From: an uncultured virus (IMG/VR IMGVR_UViG_3300049982_000266)
Taxonomy: Duplodnaviria > Heunggongvirae > Uroviricota > Caudoviricetes
Direction: 5' to 3' (one strand)
Length of the DNA: 64,000 nt
IMG/VR virus record: IMGVR_UViG_3300049982_000266
The notes under the pieces are model-generated. The model searched no databases, was not told the DNA's origin, and saw nothing but the letters and a program-made list of their open reading frames with translations. The position numbers and the translations under genes are program-made. Position 1 is the first letter of the stretch. The number at the start of each line of letters is the position of its first letter. This document shows positions 36,302 to 45,633 of this stretch, in pieces.

Positions 36302-38749
36302 TTAGCCGGTCCGGCGCCTCGGGGCTGCGACGAACTTGCCGGACGCCTTCGCTCGGTGGAGAAGCCTGCACCGGCAGTTCGCGGTCTCGCGCACCGGCGC
36401 GAGCGGGTCACCGGGGAAGCGCAGCAGCGCCCCGCCCACCTCGAAGGGCTTGCCGACGTCGCGCTTCTGGCCGTCGGCCTTCGTGTGCGTGTCGCGGACC
36501 AGCGAGTCGCGACGGGACAGCCACGAGCGCTCGACGTCGGTCAGCGTGCCGTCGCGCTCCAGGACGGCCACCACGGCGTCGCGAGCGCCCTCCAGAGCGG
36601 CCGTCGTGGTCTGCACCGCGAGCCCCTGCGCCCACGAGCGCTGTGCCTCGGCCAGCGCCCGGATCGCGTCGGCGATCGCGGCCACGTCGGCACCGGCCTG
36701 GTCGAGTGCGTTGATCGTGTCGGCGATGATCCGGGCCTGTCGCGACGCGCTCTCGCCGACGAGCCCCATGACGCCGTCGACCACGCGCCCCACGGTCCGC
36801 AGGATCTTCGCGGGCAGCGCCTTGCGCTCCACCGGCAGCAGGTCGCGCAGCAGCGCCTCCACGGCCTCAGCAGCGGCCGGATCGACGACCTCCTGGACGG
36901 CGGTCACCGCCTCGGTCTCCCAGCGGTCCTCGTCGGCGATGCGGACCGCGTCGAGCGCCTTCTCCCCAACACGGGTGTCGACGGCGTACTGCGCCTCCCA
37001 GTGGCGCGTGCCCTTGCGCTCACGCGGGCTGCCGAGGCGGGCCAGGCTGCGCTCGACCTGGCGCTCGGCCAGAGCCTCCAGGGCGGCCGTGACGCCGCTC
37101 TCGGTGGTGGCCCTCAGCCCGTCGTCGAGCGTGGACTCCTGCCTGTCGCCCTCCAGGTCGTCGGCCTTGACCTCGCGCGGCCGGACCTGGATCTGCCTCC
37201 GGATCGGGATGACGCGGGCGCCGAGGCTCTTGCCCTCCAGCAGCCCCTTCGTGCCGAGCCCGCCGGTGGCCGCAGCGACCGCGTCGGCCGGGCTCATGCC
37301 GCCGTTCTCGCGGGCACGGGCCTGCTCCTCGACGGCGTCCGCGCCCGCTACCGGCTCGGAGGCGGCAGCGTCGTCGTCCGGCGCGGCTGTGCCCGTCGGC
37401 GCGTCGGCGGGGGCAGTGCCGGTCTGCTCGGGCGGGGCGAGTCCGAGGGCTTCGGCGTCAGCCTCTCGGGTCGGGATCGGCGTCTTGCCAGCGGCGACGT
37501 AGAGGGCGCGGGTGATCGCCGTGTCCTCGATGTCGTCGGCCTGGCCGGAGAGCACGGCGTAGGAGCGGATGCTGCGCAGACCGGCTGCGACCTCTTCACG
37601 TGCCTCCAAGCGCTTCGCTGCGGCGGCCCGCTGAAGCACCTCAATGTCGGAGGTGTCCAGGTAGCCGAAGAGGTTGTCCTCGGTGTCGGCGTCGAAGGCC
37701 GAGACGATGAGGTCGTTGTGGTTGCGCTGCGTCCCGGTCCAGAACGCGTAGCCCTCCTCCTCCGCGTTGGCGAAGGTGCGGTCGGCCGCGTTGCCCAACT
37801 GCGACTCGGGCACGCCGAAGGCGACCAGCATCTCGACCTTCGCGTTGCGCGAGGTCGCCTGGTACTGCATGTCGCGGGGGCGTGCGGCGACGTCCACGAA
37901 GGACAACTCGCCGGAGATCACCGACAACTTCCCGGCCTCGGTCGGGCCGCGCCCGAACTTGCTTTCGAGGCGGTCCATCTCGCCGGTCGTGAGCCCGGCG
38001 CCGCCCTTCTCGGGCGCCTTGACGCCGAGCACGCCGCCGGGGCGCCCGTCGTTGCGCATGAAGGACACGTTGTAGAGGCGGCTGAAGTAGTCGAGTTCGA
38101 CCGACAGCCCGGCGGCCTCCAGCGGCGTCATCGCGGCGTAGGGGTCCAGCGGGTGCGGCTCGCGGATCCAGATGACCTTGTCCCAGTCGACGTGGCGCGG
38201 CGTGCCGCCGCCGACCGGGTCGACCTCGACGTGGCTGACCGGATCGGCGCCGGTGCCGGGCATGAGGCGCGTGCGGCCGGGCGGCAGCAGGTCGAGCCGG
38301 GTGATCTCGCCACGGTTGCTCATCGTCTTCTCGACGAAGGCGCCCTTGCGGCTGAGGAGCACCTGCACGCTCAGGCGCTTGCGGAACGCCCGGCCGGTCT
38401 CCAGCGGGTTCGCCTGCCGGTTGAGCACCCGGTACAGCGGGTGGTCGTCGAGCGGGTCCCCGCCGGGCTCGATCCCCTCGCGCAGCCGGAAGGGGAGCCG
38501 GGCCTGGTTCGCGGCGATGACGTCGACCGGCTTGAACACCCACACGACGCGCTCGTAGCCCTCGGCGATCGCGCGCTCGATCGGCCACGCCTTCGCTCGC
38601 TGCTGGCCGGGCAGGGTGACGCCCGCCGAGGCGATCGCGGCGTAGTAGGACGAGAGGACGACCTTCTCCTCCATGCCCTCCGGCCGACCGTCCTTCGAGG
38701 ACAGGTTGGCCGGGCGCAGGGTCGGGAAGAGCGTGCGGCCCCGAGCCAT
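36302..38749 (-). CDS. Portal protein fused to MuF (phage Mu gpF-like) minor head domain
   Basis: HK97-type portal motifs 'DHPLYRVLN..NP', 'F.RNDGRPGGVL', 'VAFGVP..LG...TFANAEE'. C-terminal 'WLSRRDSLVRDTH..ADGQ...F.VGG..LRFPGDP...ETANCRC'. Confidence 0.92.
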   Translation of the reverse strand: MARGRTLFPTLRPANLSSKDGRPEGMEEKVVLSSYYAAIASAGVTLPGQQRAKAWPIERAIAEGYERVVWVFKPVDVIAANQARLPFRLREGIEPGGDPLDDHPLYRVLNRQANPLETGRAFRKRLSVQVLLSRKGAFVEKTMSNRGEITRLDLLPPGRTRLMPGTGADPVSHVEVDPVGGGTPRHVDWDKVIWIREPHPLDPYAAMTPLEAAGLSVELDYFSRLYNVSFMRNDGRPGGVLGVKAPEKGGAGLTTGEMDRLESKFGRGPTEAGKLSVISGELSFVDVAARPRDMQYQATSRNAKVEMLVAFGVPESQLGNAADRTFANAEEEGYAFWTGTQRNHNDLIVSAFDADTEDNLFGYLDTSDIEVLQRAAAAKRLEAREEVAAGLRSIRSYAVLSGQADDIEDTAITRALYVAAGKTPIPTREADAEALGLAPPEQTGTAPADAPTGTAAPDDDAAASEPVAGADAVEEQARARENGGMSPADAVAAATGGLGTKGLLEGKSLGARVIPIRRQIQVRPREVKADDLEGDRQESTLDDGLRATTESGVTAALEALAERQVERSLARLGSPRERKGTRHWEAQYAVDTRVGEKALDAVRIADEDRWETEAVTAVQEVVDPAAAEAVEALLRDLLPVERKALPAKILRTVGRVVDGVMGLVGESASRQARIIADTINALDQAGADVAAIADAIRALAEAQRSWAQGLAVQTTTAALEGARDAVVAVLERDGTLTDVERSWLSRRDSLVRDTHTKADGQKRDVGKPFEVGGALLRFPGDPLAPVRETANCRCRLLHRAKASGKFVAAPRRRTG

Positions 38750-38752
38750 GCG

Positions 38753-38968
38753 CTACTCCCCTCGTCCGAGCAGGAGACCGACCATCACGGCGAGCGCGCT
38801 GAGCGCGGCGTAGCCGAGCAGCCGGTCGGTCTTGAAGGCGACGAGGACGAGCCCCACGACGCCCACGAGCACGAGCAGCAGCGCGAGCATGTCGCGCAGC
38901 ACGCGCAGGTCGACCGACGTCGTCGGCAGCCCGCGACGCGGCTCGTCGTCGAGGTCGGGGAAGGTCAC
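38753..38968 (-). CDS. Small two-TM membrane protein
   Basis: Two hydrophobic stretches; immediately upstream of portal. Confidence 0.7.
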   Translation of the reverse strand: MTFPDLDDEPRRGLPTTSVDLRVLRDMLALLLVLVGVVGLVLVAFKTDRLLGYAALSALAVMVGLLLGRGE

Positions 38969-39014
38969 GAGGCGCAGCGTACGGAGCGGCGGCCCTTGCG
39001 TCCCGCTGCGGCGC

Positions 39015-39314
39015 TCAGTCCGTGTCCTCGGAGCCCCGAGTGCCGCGCTTCTTCCGCTCGCCGATCGGCCCGCCGCGCAGGTGCTCGTTGTTGATGACGG
39101 CCTCGCAGGGCTCGTCCTTCACGTCGTCGAACGGCCTGCGGCAGCCGTTGCAGTAGACGTCGAGCACTTCCACGCGGGTCTTCTCCGCGACCCGGATGCT
39201 GCCCCTGCGGGCGGCGTACCGGGCCTGTGGGAGTTGCAGCGAGACGTAGGCGGCGCCTACCCACTGGTGGTCGGCGGTGGCGGCACTGGCGGCTTGCTCG
39301 ACGAGCGCGGTCAT
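39015..39314 (-). CDS. Hypothetical protein (CxxC)
   Basis: 99 aa, AGGGA RBS, 'VYCNGCRRPF...C...HLRGGP'. Confidence 0.6.
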   Translation of the reverse strand: MTALVEQAASAATADHQWVGAAYVSLQLPQARYAARRGSIRVAEKTRVEVLDVYCNGCRRPFDDVKDEPCEAVINNEHLRGGPIGERKKRGTRGSEDTD

Positions 39315-39501
39315 GCACGTCCCTACGGAGCAGCGACGCTTCGACCGAGGGTGGCGGCCTCACGTCATCGGGAGGGGGGGAAGCGACACGGCGTGTCGTG
39401 GCCGGGTTGCACAGCCGTGTCTATCCCTGAGGTACACGTCGAGGGTACTTCTAACCGGGCGTGACCGAAACGTGTCGGTCCGCAGTCCGAAGGGTCGAAC
39501 C

Positions 39502-41280
39502 TCAGTTCACGAGCAGGCGGGCGCCCTGCTTCGGCGGCGCCAGCATCGGCTCGTAGAAGCCGAGCAGCACGGCCTCGCCACGGTCAGGGCTCGACAGCCC
39601 ACGCCGCTTCAGCGACGGCTTGCCCTCGATCGTGGTCTCGCCGCGCGAGTTCGTCCCCATGCCAGGGCTCCCCAACTGCGCGAGCGTCTTGCGGTCGACG
39701 CGCAGCCGGATCGGCCGCCGGGAGTCGCGCGGCTGCACGAGCGAGCGCAGCGCCAGCCACATCTCGGCGCGCTTGTTGGCTGGACGGAAGGTTGCATCGT
39801 CGGCCTCGCGGTAGGTGCCCTCGGAGACCACGACGCGCACGATCTCGGCGTCGTGGATGCCCTCCTCGGCCCACGACTCCAGGACGCCGCAGACGCCCCA
39901 GCCGATACCGATGGCGTCGACCTTGACGCGGATCTTGTGCTCGGTCCCGAGCCGCTGACGGATCTTCTCGGCGAGCCGGATCTGCGCGAGCACCTTGCCC
40001 GCGACGTCGTTGACGTTCGTGTTCGTCTGGCCCGACGAGGTGTGCACGATCTTCGCCAGGTCGCCCGCCATGTCCGGCCCGCGCCAGGGCGGCGTGATGA
40101 TGCGCGAGATCGCCAGTTCGTCGCCGCCGTCGGCCGCGACGTCGACCCCGAGCCGGATCCACGAGCCGGGGTGGACGTAGTCCTCCTCCTCGATCTCGGG
40201 GATGCCGAGGTCGCACAGGCGGACGTCCAGGTCGTGCACGACCTCGTCGTCGGTGAGCGCCTGCGCCGCGTCCTCCAGCCACCCGCTCGGGATCGCTCGG
40301 TCCGGGCCGCCCTTCGGGAAGCGCGCGAGCACCTTCGCCTGGACGTAGGACGAGTCGGCGCCGTGGAGTTCGATCGTCTCGCGGACGGCGGTGATGCTCG
40401 CCAGGTGGAGCGCCAGCCGGTGCGGCGGCACCTCCGGCGGACACGAGCGGCAGCGCTCGGTCTTCTCGCCGGTGAGGTTCGGGGTGTCCATCGCCGAGAT
40501 CGGCAGGACGAGCACGTCGTCCTCGTTGCACAGCGTCTCGAACCAGCCGCCCTCGCCCTCGGTCGGCGGGTTGCCGATGGCGACCATGCTCGTGCCCTCG
40601 GCGGTCAGCAGGGCGCGCAGGTTGCGGCCGACCCGCATGCCGATGCCGCCCGCCTCATCCACGATGAGCATGAGGTGCGGGGAGTGGAGACCCTGGACGG
40701 CGGTCTCGTTGTGGGGCGCGGCGCCGATGCCGTGCGCGACGACCGTCTCCTGGCCCTGCGACGTCGCCATCTTCAACTGCGTCACGTCGGTCACGCCCGG
40801 TAGCCCGGCGCGCTTGTGGGCGCGACGGATCTCCGGCCAGATGATCGTGCGCACTTGATCGAACTTCGCGGCGATCGTCACGACCTGGCCGGTGCCGACC
40901 GGCCAGACGTTCGCGTGCCAGAGCACCGCGCGCGAGACCGACCACGTCTTGCCGGTCGAGAACGCCGACGGGACGGCGATGCGGTCGTGGTGCGGGATCG
41001 AGTCGAGCAGCCGCTTCGGGATGCTCCAGGTGCGCTCTCCGAGGACGTCCTCGACGAAGCCGAGCGGGTCGTCCTGCCACAGCCCGAAGGGCGTGCCCAT
41101 CTCGCGGTCGGCGATCTGGAGCACGGCCTTGACGTCGCGCTCGTTGAGCCCTCGGTAGAAGCCGCGCCGCACCTCGACGGGCAGGTCGACGAGGTCCCGA
41201 AGCAGGCGGGACGCCTCGGGGCTCTTGCGCCGGGTCGCGGACTGGCCCACCTCCCGGACGGCGGTGGCCGTGGCGGTCAC
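39502..41280 (-). CDS. terL: Terminase large subunit
   Basis: Walker A-like 'AFSTGKTW', Walker B 'LIVDEAGG', 'AIGNP', nuclease 'LGVDVAADGGD', 'VDAIGIG', 'N.RAEMW' and 'SPDRGEA'. Confidence 0.95.
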   Translation of the reverse strand: MTATATAVREVGQSATRRKSPEASRLLRDLVDLPVEVRRGFYRGLNERDVKAVLQIADREMGTPFGLWQDDPLGFVEDVLGERTWSIPKRLLDSIPHHDRIAVPSAFSTGKTWSVSRAVLWHANVWPVGTGQVVTIAAKFDQVRTIIWPEIRRAHKRAGLPGVTDVTQLKMATSQGQETVVAHGIGAAPHNETAVQGLHSPHLMLIVDEAGGIGMRVGRNLRALLTAEGTSMVAIGNPPTEGEGGWFETLCNEDDVLVLPISAMDTPNLTGEKTERCRSCPPEVPPHRLALHLASITAVRETIELHGADSSYVQAKVLARFPKGGPDRAIPSGWLEDAAQALTDDEVVHDLDVRLCDLGIPEIEEEDYVHPGSWIRLGVDVAADGGDELAISRIITPPWRGPDMAGDLAKIVHTSSGQTNTNVNDVAGKVLAQIRLAEKIRQRLGTEHKIRVKVDAIGIGWGVCGVLESWAEEGIHDAEIVRVVVSEGTYREADDATFRPANKRAEMWLALRSLVQPRDSRRPIRLRVDRKTLAQLGSPGMGTNSRGETTIEGKPSLKRRGLSSPDRGEAVLLGFYEPMLAPPKQGARLLVN

Positions 41281-41483
41281 TCGGGGCAGTACCTCATGTG
41301 GAGCGCCAGGGCACTCGCGGCCTTCGTCCCGTCGATCACGGTCGAGCCGTCCCCGGCGATGGAGCCATCCACACGCAGCACGACGGGTCGGCCGCAGCAC
41401 GACGGCAGCAGATGGAGCGTGACGCGGACGTCCTGGTCCCGCTCCCGCTGGACCGGCGGCGCCGGTCGCTGCTGCTCGTGCAT
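41277..41483 (-). CDS. Small hypothetical protein coupled to terL
   Basis: 68 aa. Its TGA overlaps the terL GTG, and the ATG is 7 nt after a class-B -10 hexamer. Confidence 0.55.
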   Translation of the reverse strand: MHEQQRPAPPVQRERDQDVRVTLHLLPSCCGRPVVLRVDGSIAGDGSTVIDGTKAASALALHMRYCPE

Positions 41484-41510
41484 GGGGCGGATGATCCCCC
41501 TGTCGCGGGG

Positions 41511-41852
41511 CTAGCGTCGCGCCGAGAGATCCTTCAGCACGCGGGCGATCGTGCCGTCGAACAACTGCGTCGGCCGCCAGACGTAGACGGCGTGCTGCTT
41601 CGCCAGGGCGTCGATCCACTCCTGCTGCGCGGCCGACGGCTGCTCGCGCTCGCGCTTGTTCTCGACGTAGATCGTCTCGCCGGTGATCTTGTTGACGATG
41701 CAGTCGTCGGGGTAGCCCGCGACCGAGCCCTTCGAGCGGCGGGTGTGGTAGTAGAGCAGCCCAAGCGTCTTGCACAGGAGCCGCACCTGCTCTTCGAGGT
41801 GGGACTCCAGCATCTCGCGGGCCATGCGCTGCTGCCCGGCGTTGAGGGTCAT
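41511..41852 (-). CDS. VRR-NUC (PD-(D/E)xK) nuclease
   Basis: 'E..L...V...YHT..S...AGYPD...YVENKRE...S.AQ.EWI..L...VWRP'. Confidence 0.85.
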   Translation of the reverse strand: MTLNAGQQRMAREMLESHLEEQVRLLCKTLGLLYYHTRRSKGSVAGYPDDCIVNKITGETIYVENKREREQPSAAQQEWIDALAKQHAVYVWRPTQLFDGTIARVLKDLSARR

Positions 41853-42271
41853 CCCGTGCGCACGAGGACGAGGGGGCACCGGCACGGCCGCGTCACGAGG
41901 TCTTCGCGCTGGTGCAGGTCCGGGTCCGGGCAGGGGTCCTCCCGGTGGAAGCACTTGCCGCGCAGGTCGGTGTCGACGCGCCGGGTGCACTCGACGGTCT
42001 CGCCGTGATCCTCGTGCCCGCAGCCGGGGCAGGGCTGGCCGCTGAAGAGCCGGTCGCACGACGTCGTACAGGCGCGCACGCCGCCCGGCTGGCCGACGGG
42101 CAGGTGGATGGCGAAGGTGCCGCCCCGCTCGTCGATCCAGCCGTGCCGGTGGTCCGGCGTGACGAAGGTGAAGAGCGACGGGTGCCCGTTGCCCCACGCC
42201 CGGAGCACGGGCTCGCCGACCTGCCGGGCGATCGCCCGCGTCCGGCGGACACTGAGGATCCGGACGCCCAC
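41849..42271 (-). CDS. Cys/His-rich hypothetical protein
   Basis: Coupled start and stop; several CxxC/H motifs. Confidence 0.5.
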   Translation of the reverse strand: MGVRILSVRRTRAIARQVGEPVLRAWGNGHPSLFTFVTPDHRHGWIDERGGTFAIHLPVGQPGGVRACTTSCDRLFSGQPCPGCGHEDHGETVECTRRVDTDLRGKCFHREDPCPDPDLHQREDLVTRPCRCPLVLVRTG

Positions 42272-42441
42272 TACTGCGGCTCCACGCCGGGCGGCAACAG
42301 GCAGCCCGCGCCGACGTACAGGTTGCCGCCCTGCTGCTCGCACTTCGCCGTCTCGAAGCGCACGATCTGTGCGACGAGCGCGACGAAGACGAGCACGACG
42401 GCGGCGACCACGACGGCGGAGGTGACGTCCTGGCGCCTCAC
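42271..42441 (-). CDS. Small membrane protein
   Basis: 56 aa, one TM segment followed by 'C.QQGG...C'; GTGA coupling. Confidence 0.5.
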   Translation of the reverse strand: MRRQDVTSAVVVAAVVLVFVALVAQIVRFETAKCEQQGGNLYVGAGCLLPPGVEPQ

Positions 42442-42881
42442 CGGCCGCGCCGGATCTGCGCGATGCGCGCGGTGCTGAGGTTGGCCGCGCGCGCCACCTC
42501 GACGTTGCTCAGCCCCTCGGCGAGCATGGTCTGCACGGCCTCACCCCGGATCTCGGTGAGGGCGCCCTCGTCGCGCTTCAGCCGCCAGAACGCCTCGCCC
42601 ATCTCGGCCGCCACGATCTCGGCGTCGGCCACCTCAGGGGCGGGCTGTCCGGCGGGGATGGTCGCGGCGATCGGACCGAAGAGGCGGCGGCTCAGGTGCG
42701 CGAGCCGGTAGACCTGGACGGGCTGCCTGCCCTCGTTCCGCAGCAGGTGCAGGCAGGCCGCGTCACGCGCGGCACGGGTCTGCTCGATCCGGGGCTGGAC
42801 GTCGGCGAGCAGCGCGGCAGCGGACTGCGCGCGCTTCGCCGGATCCTTGATCCGTCGGATGCTGGCGGGGGTGGAAGCCAT
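42438..42881 (-). CDS. HTH DNA-binding protein (tandem HTH)
   Basis: C-terminal 'GLSNVEVARAANLSTARIAQIR' and an internal HTH-like repeat; AGGAG RBS. Confidence 0.7.
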   Translation of the reverse strand: MASTPASIRRIKDPAKRAQSAAALLADVQPRIEQTRAARDAACLHLLRNEGRQPVQVYRLAHLSRRLFGPIAATIPAGQPAPEVADAEIVAAEMGEAFWRLKRDEGALTEIRGEAVQTMLAEGLSNVEVARAANLSTARIAQIRRGR

Positions 42882-42911
42882 GTCGTCTCGTGATCTCCTG
42901 GTCATAGGGGG

Positions 42912-42944
42912 AAGCGGGTGTACGAGATCACCGTACACCCGCTT
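42912..42944. promoter_or_regulatory. Perfect 13-bp inverted repeat made of two class-A motifs (candidate operator)
   Basis: AAGCGGGTGTACG-N7-CGTACACCCGCTT directly upstream of the HTH gene. Confidence 0.7.
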
Positions 42945-42946
42945 GC

Positions 42947-43228
42947 CTAGTCGCCGGGGATGACGTGCACCTGCGCGATGATCCAGACCTTCGCGGGGTC
43001 GGAGGGCGGCGGGCTGCCCGGCGGCACGTCGTCCGGATCGTGCTCGGACCACTGCACGGTGACCCCGCCGTAGGGCGTGTGCCCGGCGGCGCGAGCGGAG
43101 TCGCGAACGCGCCGAGAGGCTGCGGCGACGACGTCGTCATAGCCTCCCGGCGCGTCTCGTGCGGCACGGTCGACGGCGTAGACGCCGCCCCACCACGGCA
43201 GGGTGCTCGGGTCGGTCACGGGCTCCAT
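42947..43228 (-). CDS. Hypothetical protein
   Basis: 93 aa; ATG 6 nt after TACGGT. Confidence 0.6.
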   Translation of the reverse strand: MEPVTDPSTLPWWGGVYAVDRAARDAPGGYDDVVAAASRRVRDSARAAGHTPYGGVTVQWSEHDPDDVPPGSPPPSDPAKVWIIAQVHVIPGD

Positions 43229-43247
43229 CCGCAGACCGTACCCCGGC

Positions 43248-43895
43248 TTACTTCAGGTTGGCGGGAAGGCTCACCTTCAGCCCCTCGGCCTTGTAGCCCT
43301 CGCGCAGCGCGCGGGCGTGCTCCGGCCCGAGCCAGCGCTTCACGAGCGCCAGCATGTACCAGCGGAAGACGCGGCCGTGGCTGCCGCCCTCGCGGTCGTC
43401 GCGGTCGTCGCAGTGTGCGGCGGCCATGAGGTGCGCGACCTCGTGCAGCACGACGTACGGGTCGACGAGCGCGCCGGTCCAGCCGTCGACCGTGTTCGCG
43501 ACGCGGCCCTGCACGCCGAGGCGGATCTTCGGCAGCCACTTCCCCCGGTACTGGAAGCGGGCGCCGGTGTGCGCCCGGCCGGAGCCGCCCCGGTGGACGT
43601 CCACGAGGATGCGGCCGATGACGTCCTTCCGTCCGTAGGGCACGTAGCGGCTCTGCACGCCCAGCCACGAGGGGCGGCAGGTGCGCTTCCACCACGCGCT
43701 GCGCACGATGCGGTCGACGTACGCCTGCGCGGCCTCCAGCGTGCCGTCCAGGGGCGGCGCCGGGCACGTCAGGCGCGCCCGGTCCTCACCCCGGTAGGTC
43801 CTCATCCGGCCGGGGGCCAGCCGAGCCTCAACCGGGTCCGGGAGGAGGGCTTCCAGTTCCGGGCTGTCGAGCACGGCGTCCAGTTCGGCGCTCAC
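43248..43895 (-). CDS. HEXXH metallohydrolase (TIGR04338/Rv0185-like)
   Basis: 'AQAYVDRI...VVLHEVAHL...SHGRVF...L...LGPEHA.AL..GY..EGL'. Confidence 0.7.
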   Translation of the reverse strand: MSAELDAVLDSPELEALLPDPVEARLAPGRMRTYRGEDRARLTCPAPPLDGTLEAAQAYVDRIVRSAWWKRTCRPSWLGVQSRYVPYGRKDVIGRILVDVHRGGSGRAHTGARFQYRGKWLPKIRLGVQGRVANTVDGWTGALVDPYVVLHEVAHLMAAAHCDDRDDREGGSHGRVFRWYMLALVKRWLGPEHARALREGYKAEGLKVSLPANLK

Positions 43896-44254
43896 CGCCA
43901 GTCGCTCACGTCGAGCCCGGCGGCGACGGCGACCTTGCGGCAGCGGTCCCGCATGGTGACGGCGGCGGCGCGGCTCGCGCGCTCCTCGGCCGTCTCGGCG
44001 TCCTGGCCGACCGACACGTAGGTGTCGGCGTAGTCCCACAGACAGAAGAGGGCGTCGGCGACCTGCTCGGGCGTGCCGTCGAAGGTGAGCCGCAGCCGGT
44101 AGCCCTTGCCCGTGCGGATCTTGCGGCCCGCCTTGTAGGCGGCGGTGACCATCTCGCCGCCCGCGTAGCCGGAGTTGGCCGTCTGGCCCTGGCCGACGCT
44201 GCTCCCGCTGAAGTCGCTGTCGAAGACGCCCGGCATGTCGATCGTGGTCTGCAT
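43892..44254 (-). CDS. Hypothetical protein
   Basis: 120 aa, GAGAGG RBS, preceded by a class-A motif and an extended -10. Confidence 0.65.
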   Translation of the reverse strand: MQTTIDMPGVFDSDFSGSSVGQGQTANSGYAGGEMVTAAYKAGRKIRTGKGYRLRLTFDGTPEQVADALFCLWDYADTYVSVGQDAETAEERASRAAAVTMRDRCRKVAVAAGLDVSDWR

Positions 44255-44568
44255 CTGTGCCTCTCCGTCCCGGTCGCTCGCCGGGCTCAGGACACAAGGA
44301 TACCACAGTCCCGTACACCGGCTTAGCGATCTACCCGCTCTGACCTGCGGTTACGCGGGGCTGGAGCGCCCGACACGCCGTGACACGCCGTACGCGCGTG
44401 CCTCGGCGAGCACGTCGTCGGCCAGCGGCAGGAAGTCCTCCGGCAGCGGCGCGCCGACCTGCGCGGCGTCGATCGCCCGCGAGGTCGCACGCTGGAGCCG
44501 CCCGAGCCGGTACATGAGCGCCGGATCCCACTCGCCCGCCTGCGGGCCGTGGTTGGTTGGGCCGAGGG

Positions 44569-44886
44569 TCATCCGCCCCACCGGAGTCGCCGCGTGCGCT
44601 CAGCGGCGCTCTCGACCGGCTCGGCGGGCGCCTCGGGCGGCGGGCCGTCGTCGACCGCATCCGGGTCCGGCACGGTGACCATGAAGCGGCACTGCTCCGT
44701 CGTGGTGACGACGACCTCGACGACGTTCTCGTCGATCGGGTTGATGATCCCGATGAGCGCGTCCGGGTCGACCGAGCCGTACAGGCTGACGCTGACGTCG
44801 AGGACACCGAGGTCGTGCCGGATCTCGCACAGCCCGTCCTCGTCAGGCTGCGCATCGCGGGAGACCGCGAGCAGGCGCTCGGTCAT
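44569..44886 (-). CDS. Hypothetical protein
   Basis: ATGA-coupled to the upstream gene. Confidence 0.5.
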   Translation of the reverse strand: MTERLLAVSRDAQPDEDGLCEIRHDLGVLDVSVSLYGSVDPDALIGIINPIDENVVEVVVTTTEQCRFMVTVPDPDAVDDGPPPEAPAEPVESAAERTRRLRWGG

Positions 44887-45227
44887 GCGACCCCTGCCTT
44901 CGCAGCGCTGCGACGCAAGCGATCGGCGAGTCGCTGCACCGACGAGCCGTCGTTGCCGGTCAGATGTTCGACGGCGCCGAGCGCTGCCCCCGCGCAGTCG
45001 AGCAGTTCGTCGATCACCTCGTCGAGCGTGTGCGTAACGCCCTTGCGGGGGTTCTCGCCGAGGTAGCCCCGGAGAGCGTCCTGCACCTCGCCGGACTCCT
45101 CGCCGACCTTCGTGATGCGGCGCCACAGGTGTGCTTCGGGATCGAGGTCGGGCGGGTACTGCGCGTTGATCCACCGCGAGAAAGCGGCGACAGCCTCGGC
45201 GACCTGCTCTCCAGCCTCGGCGCTCAC
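44883..45227 (-). CDS. MazG-like nucleotide pyrophosphohydrolase
   Basis: 'KVGEESGEV..A..G..G.NPRKG.TH...V..EL.D' matches the actinobacterial MazG-like pattern. Confidence 0.85.
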   Translation of the reverse strand: MSAEAGEQVAEAVAAFSRWINAQYPPDLDPEAHLWRRITKVGEESGEVQDALRGYLGENPRKGVTHTLDEVIDELLDCAGAALGAVEHLTGNDGSSVQRLADRLRRSAAKAGVA

Positions 45228-45601
45228 GCCTCGCCCTTCAGGCGGGCGGCGATCGAGCCCGCGAGGTCGCGCACGCGGTCCTCGGCCAGCGGGGTCTCGT
45301 GCGCCAGCGCGAGGGTCAGCATGGCGATCGAGGTGCAGCCGTGGGCGGTGCGGCGGTCCAGGTCGTGAGTACCGGCCACGATCTCGCTGACGGCCTTACC
45401 GAAGGTGTCCCACGCGGGGTCGGTGTGCTCGATCCCCCAGTCGGCGTCGTAGGCCATGTCGAGCAGGTCGGCGACGGTGGCGCCGCGCTTCGAGGGGAAG
45501 CGGTCGAGGATCGCGTCGCGCATCTCGGGGGACACGACGCTCTCGGCCGCGAGTTCGATCTTCGTGAGCACGGTGCTGTAGTCCAGGGTCGGGGCGGTCA
45601 T
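45224..45601 (-). CDS. Hypothetical protein
   Basis: GGAGA RBS; coupled stop. Confidence 0.55.
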   Translation of the reverse strand: MTAPTLDYSTVLTKIELAAESVVSPEMRDAILDRFPSKRGATVADLLDMAYDADWGIEHTDPAWDTFGKAVSEIVAGTHDLDRRTAHGCTSIAMLTLALAHETPLAEDRVRDLAGSIAARLKGEA

Positions 45602-45633
45602 GGGGTCTCCGGGGGGTCGGGGGGCAGGGATGG

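Noticed and set aside
39315..39501. Less GC-rich intergenic stretch between terL and the portal operon as cos/pac site or RNA gene
   Set aside because: No recognisable repeat, tRNA cloverleaf or other support from sequence alone.
41277..41483. Terminase small subunit assignment
   Set aside because: The position fits, but the 68-aa sequence shows no TerS-like features; left as hypothetical.
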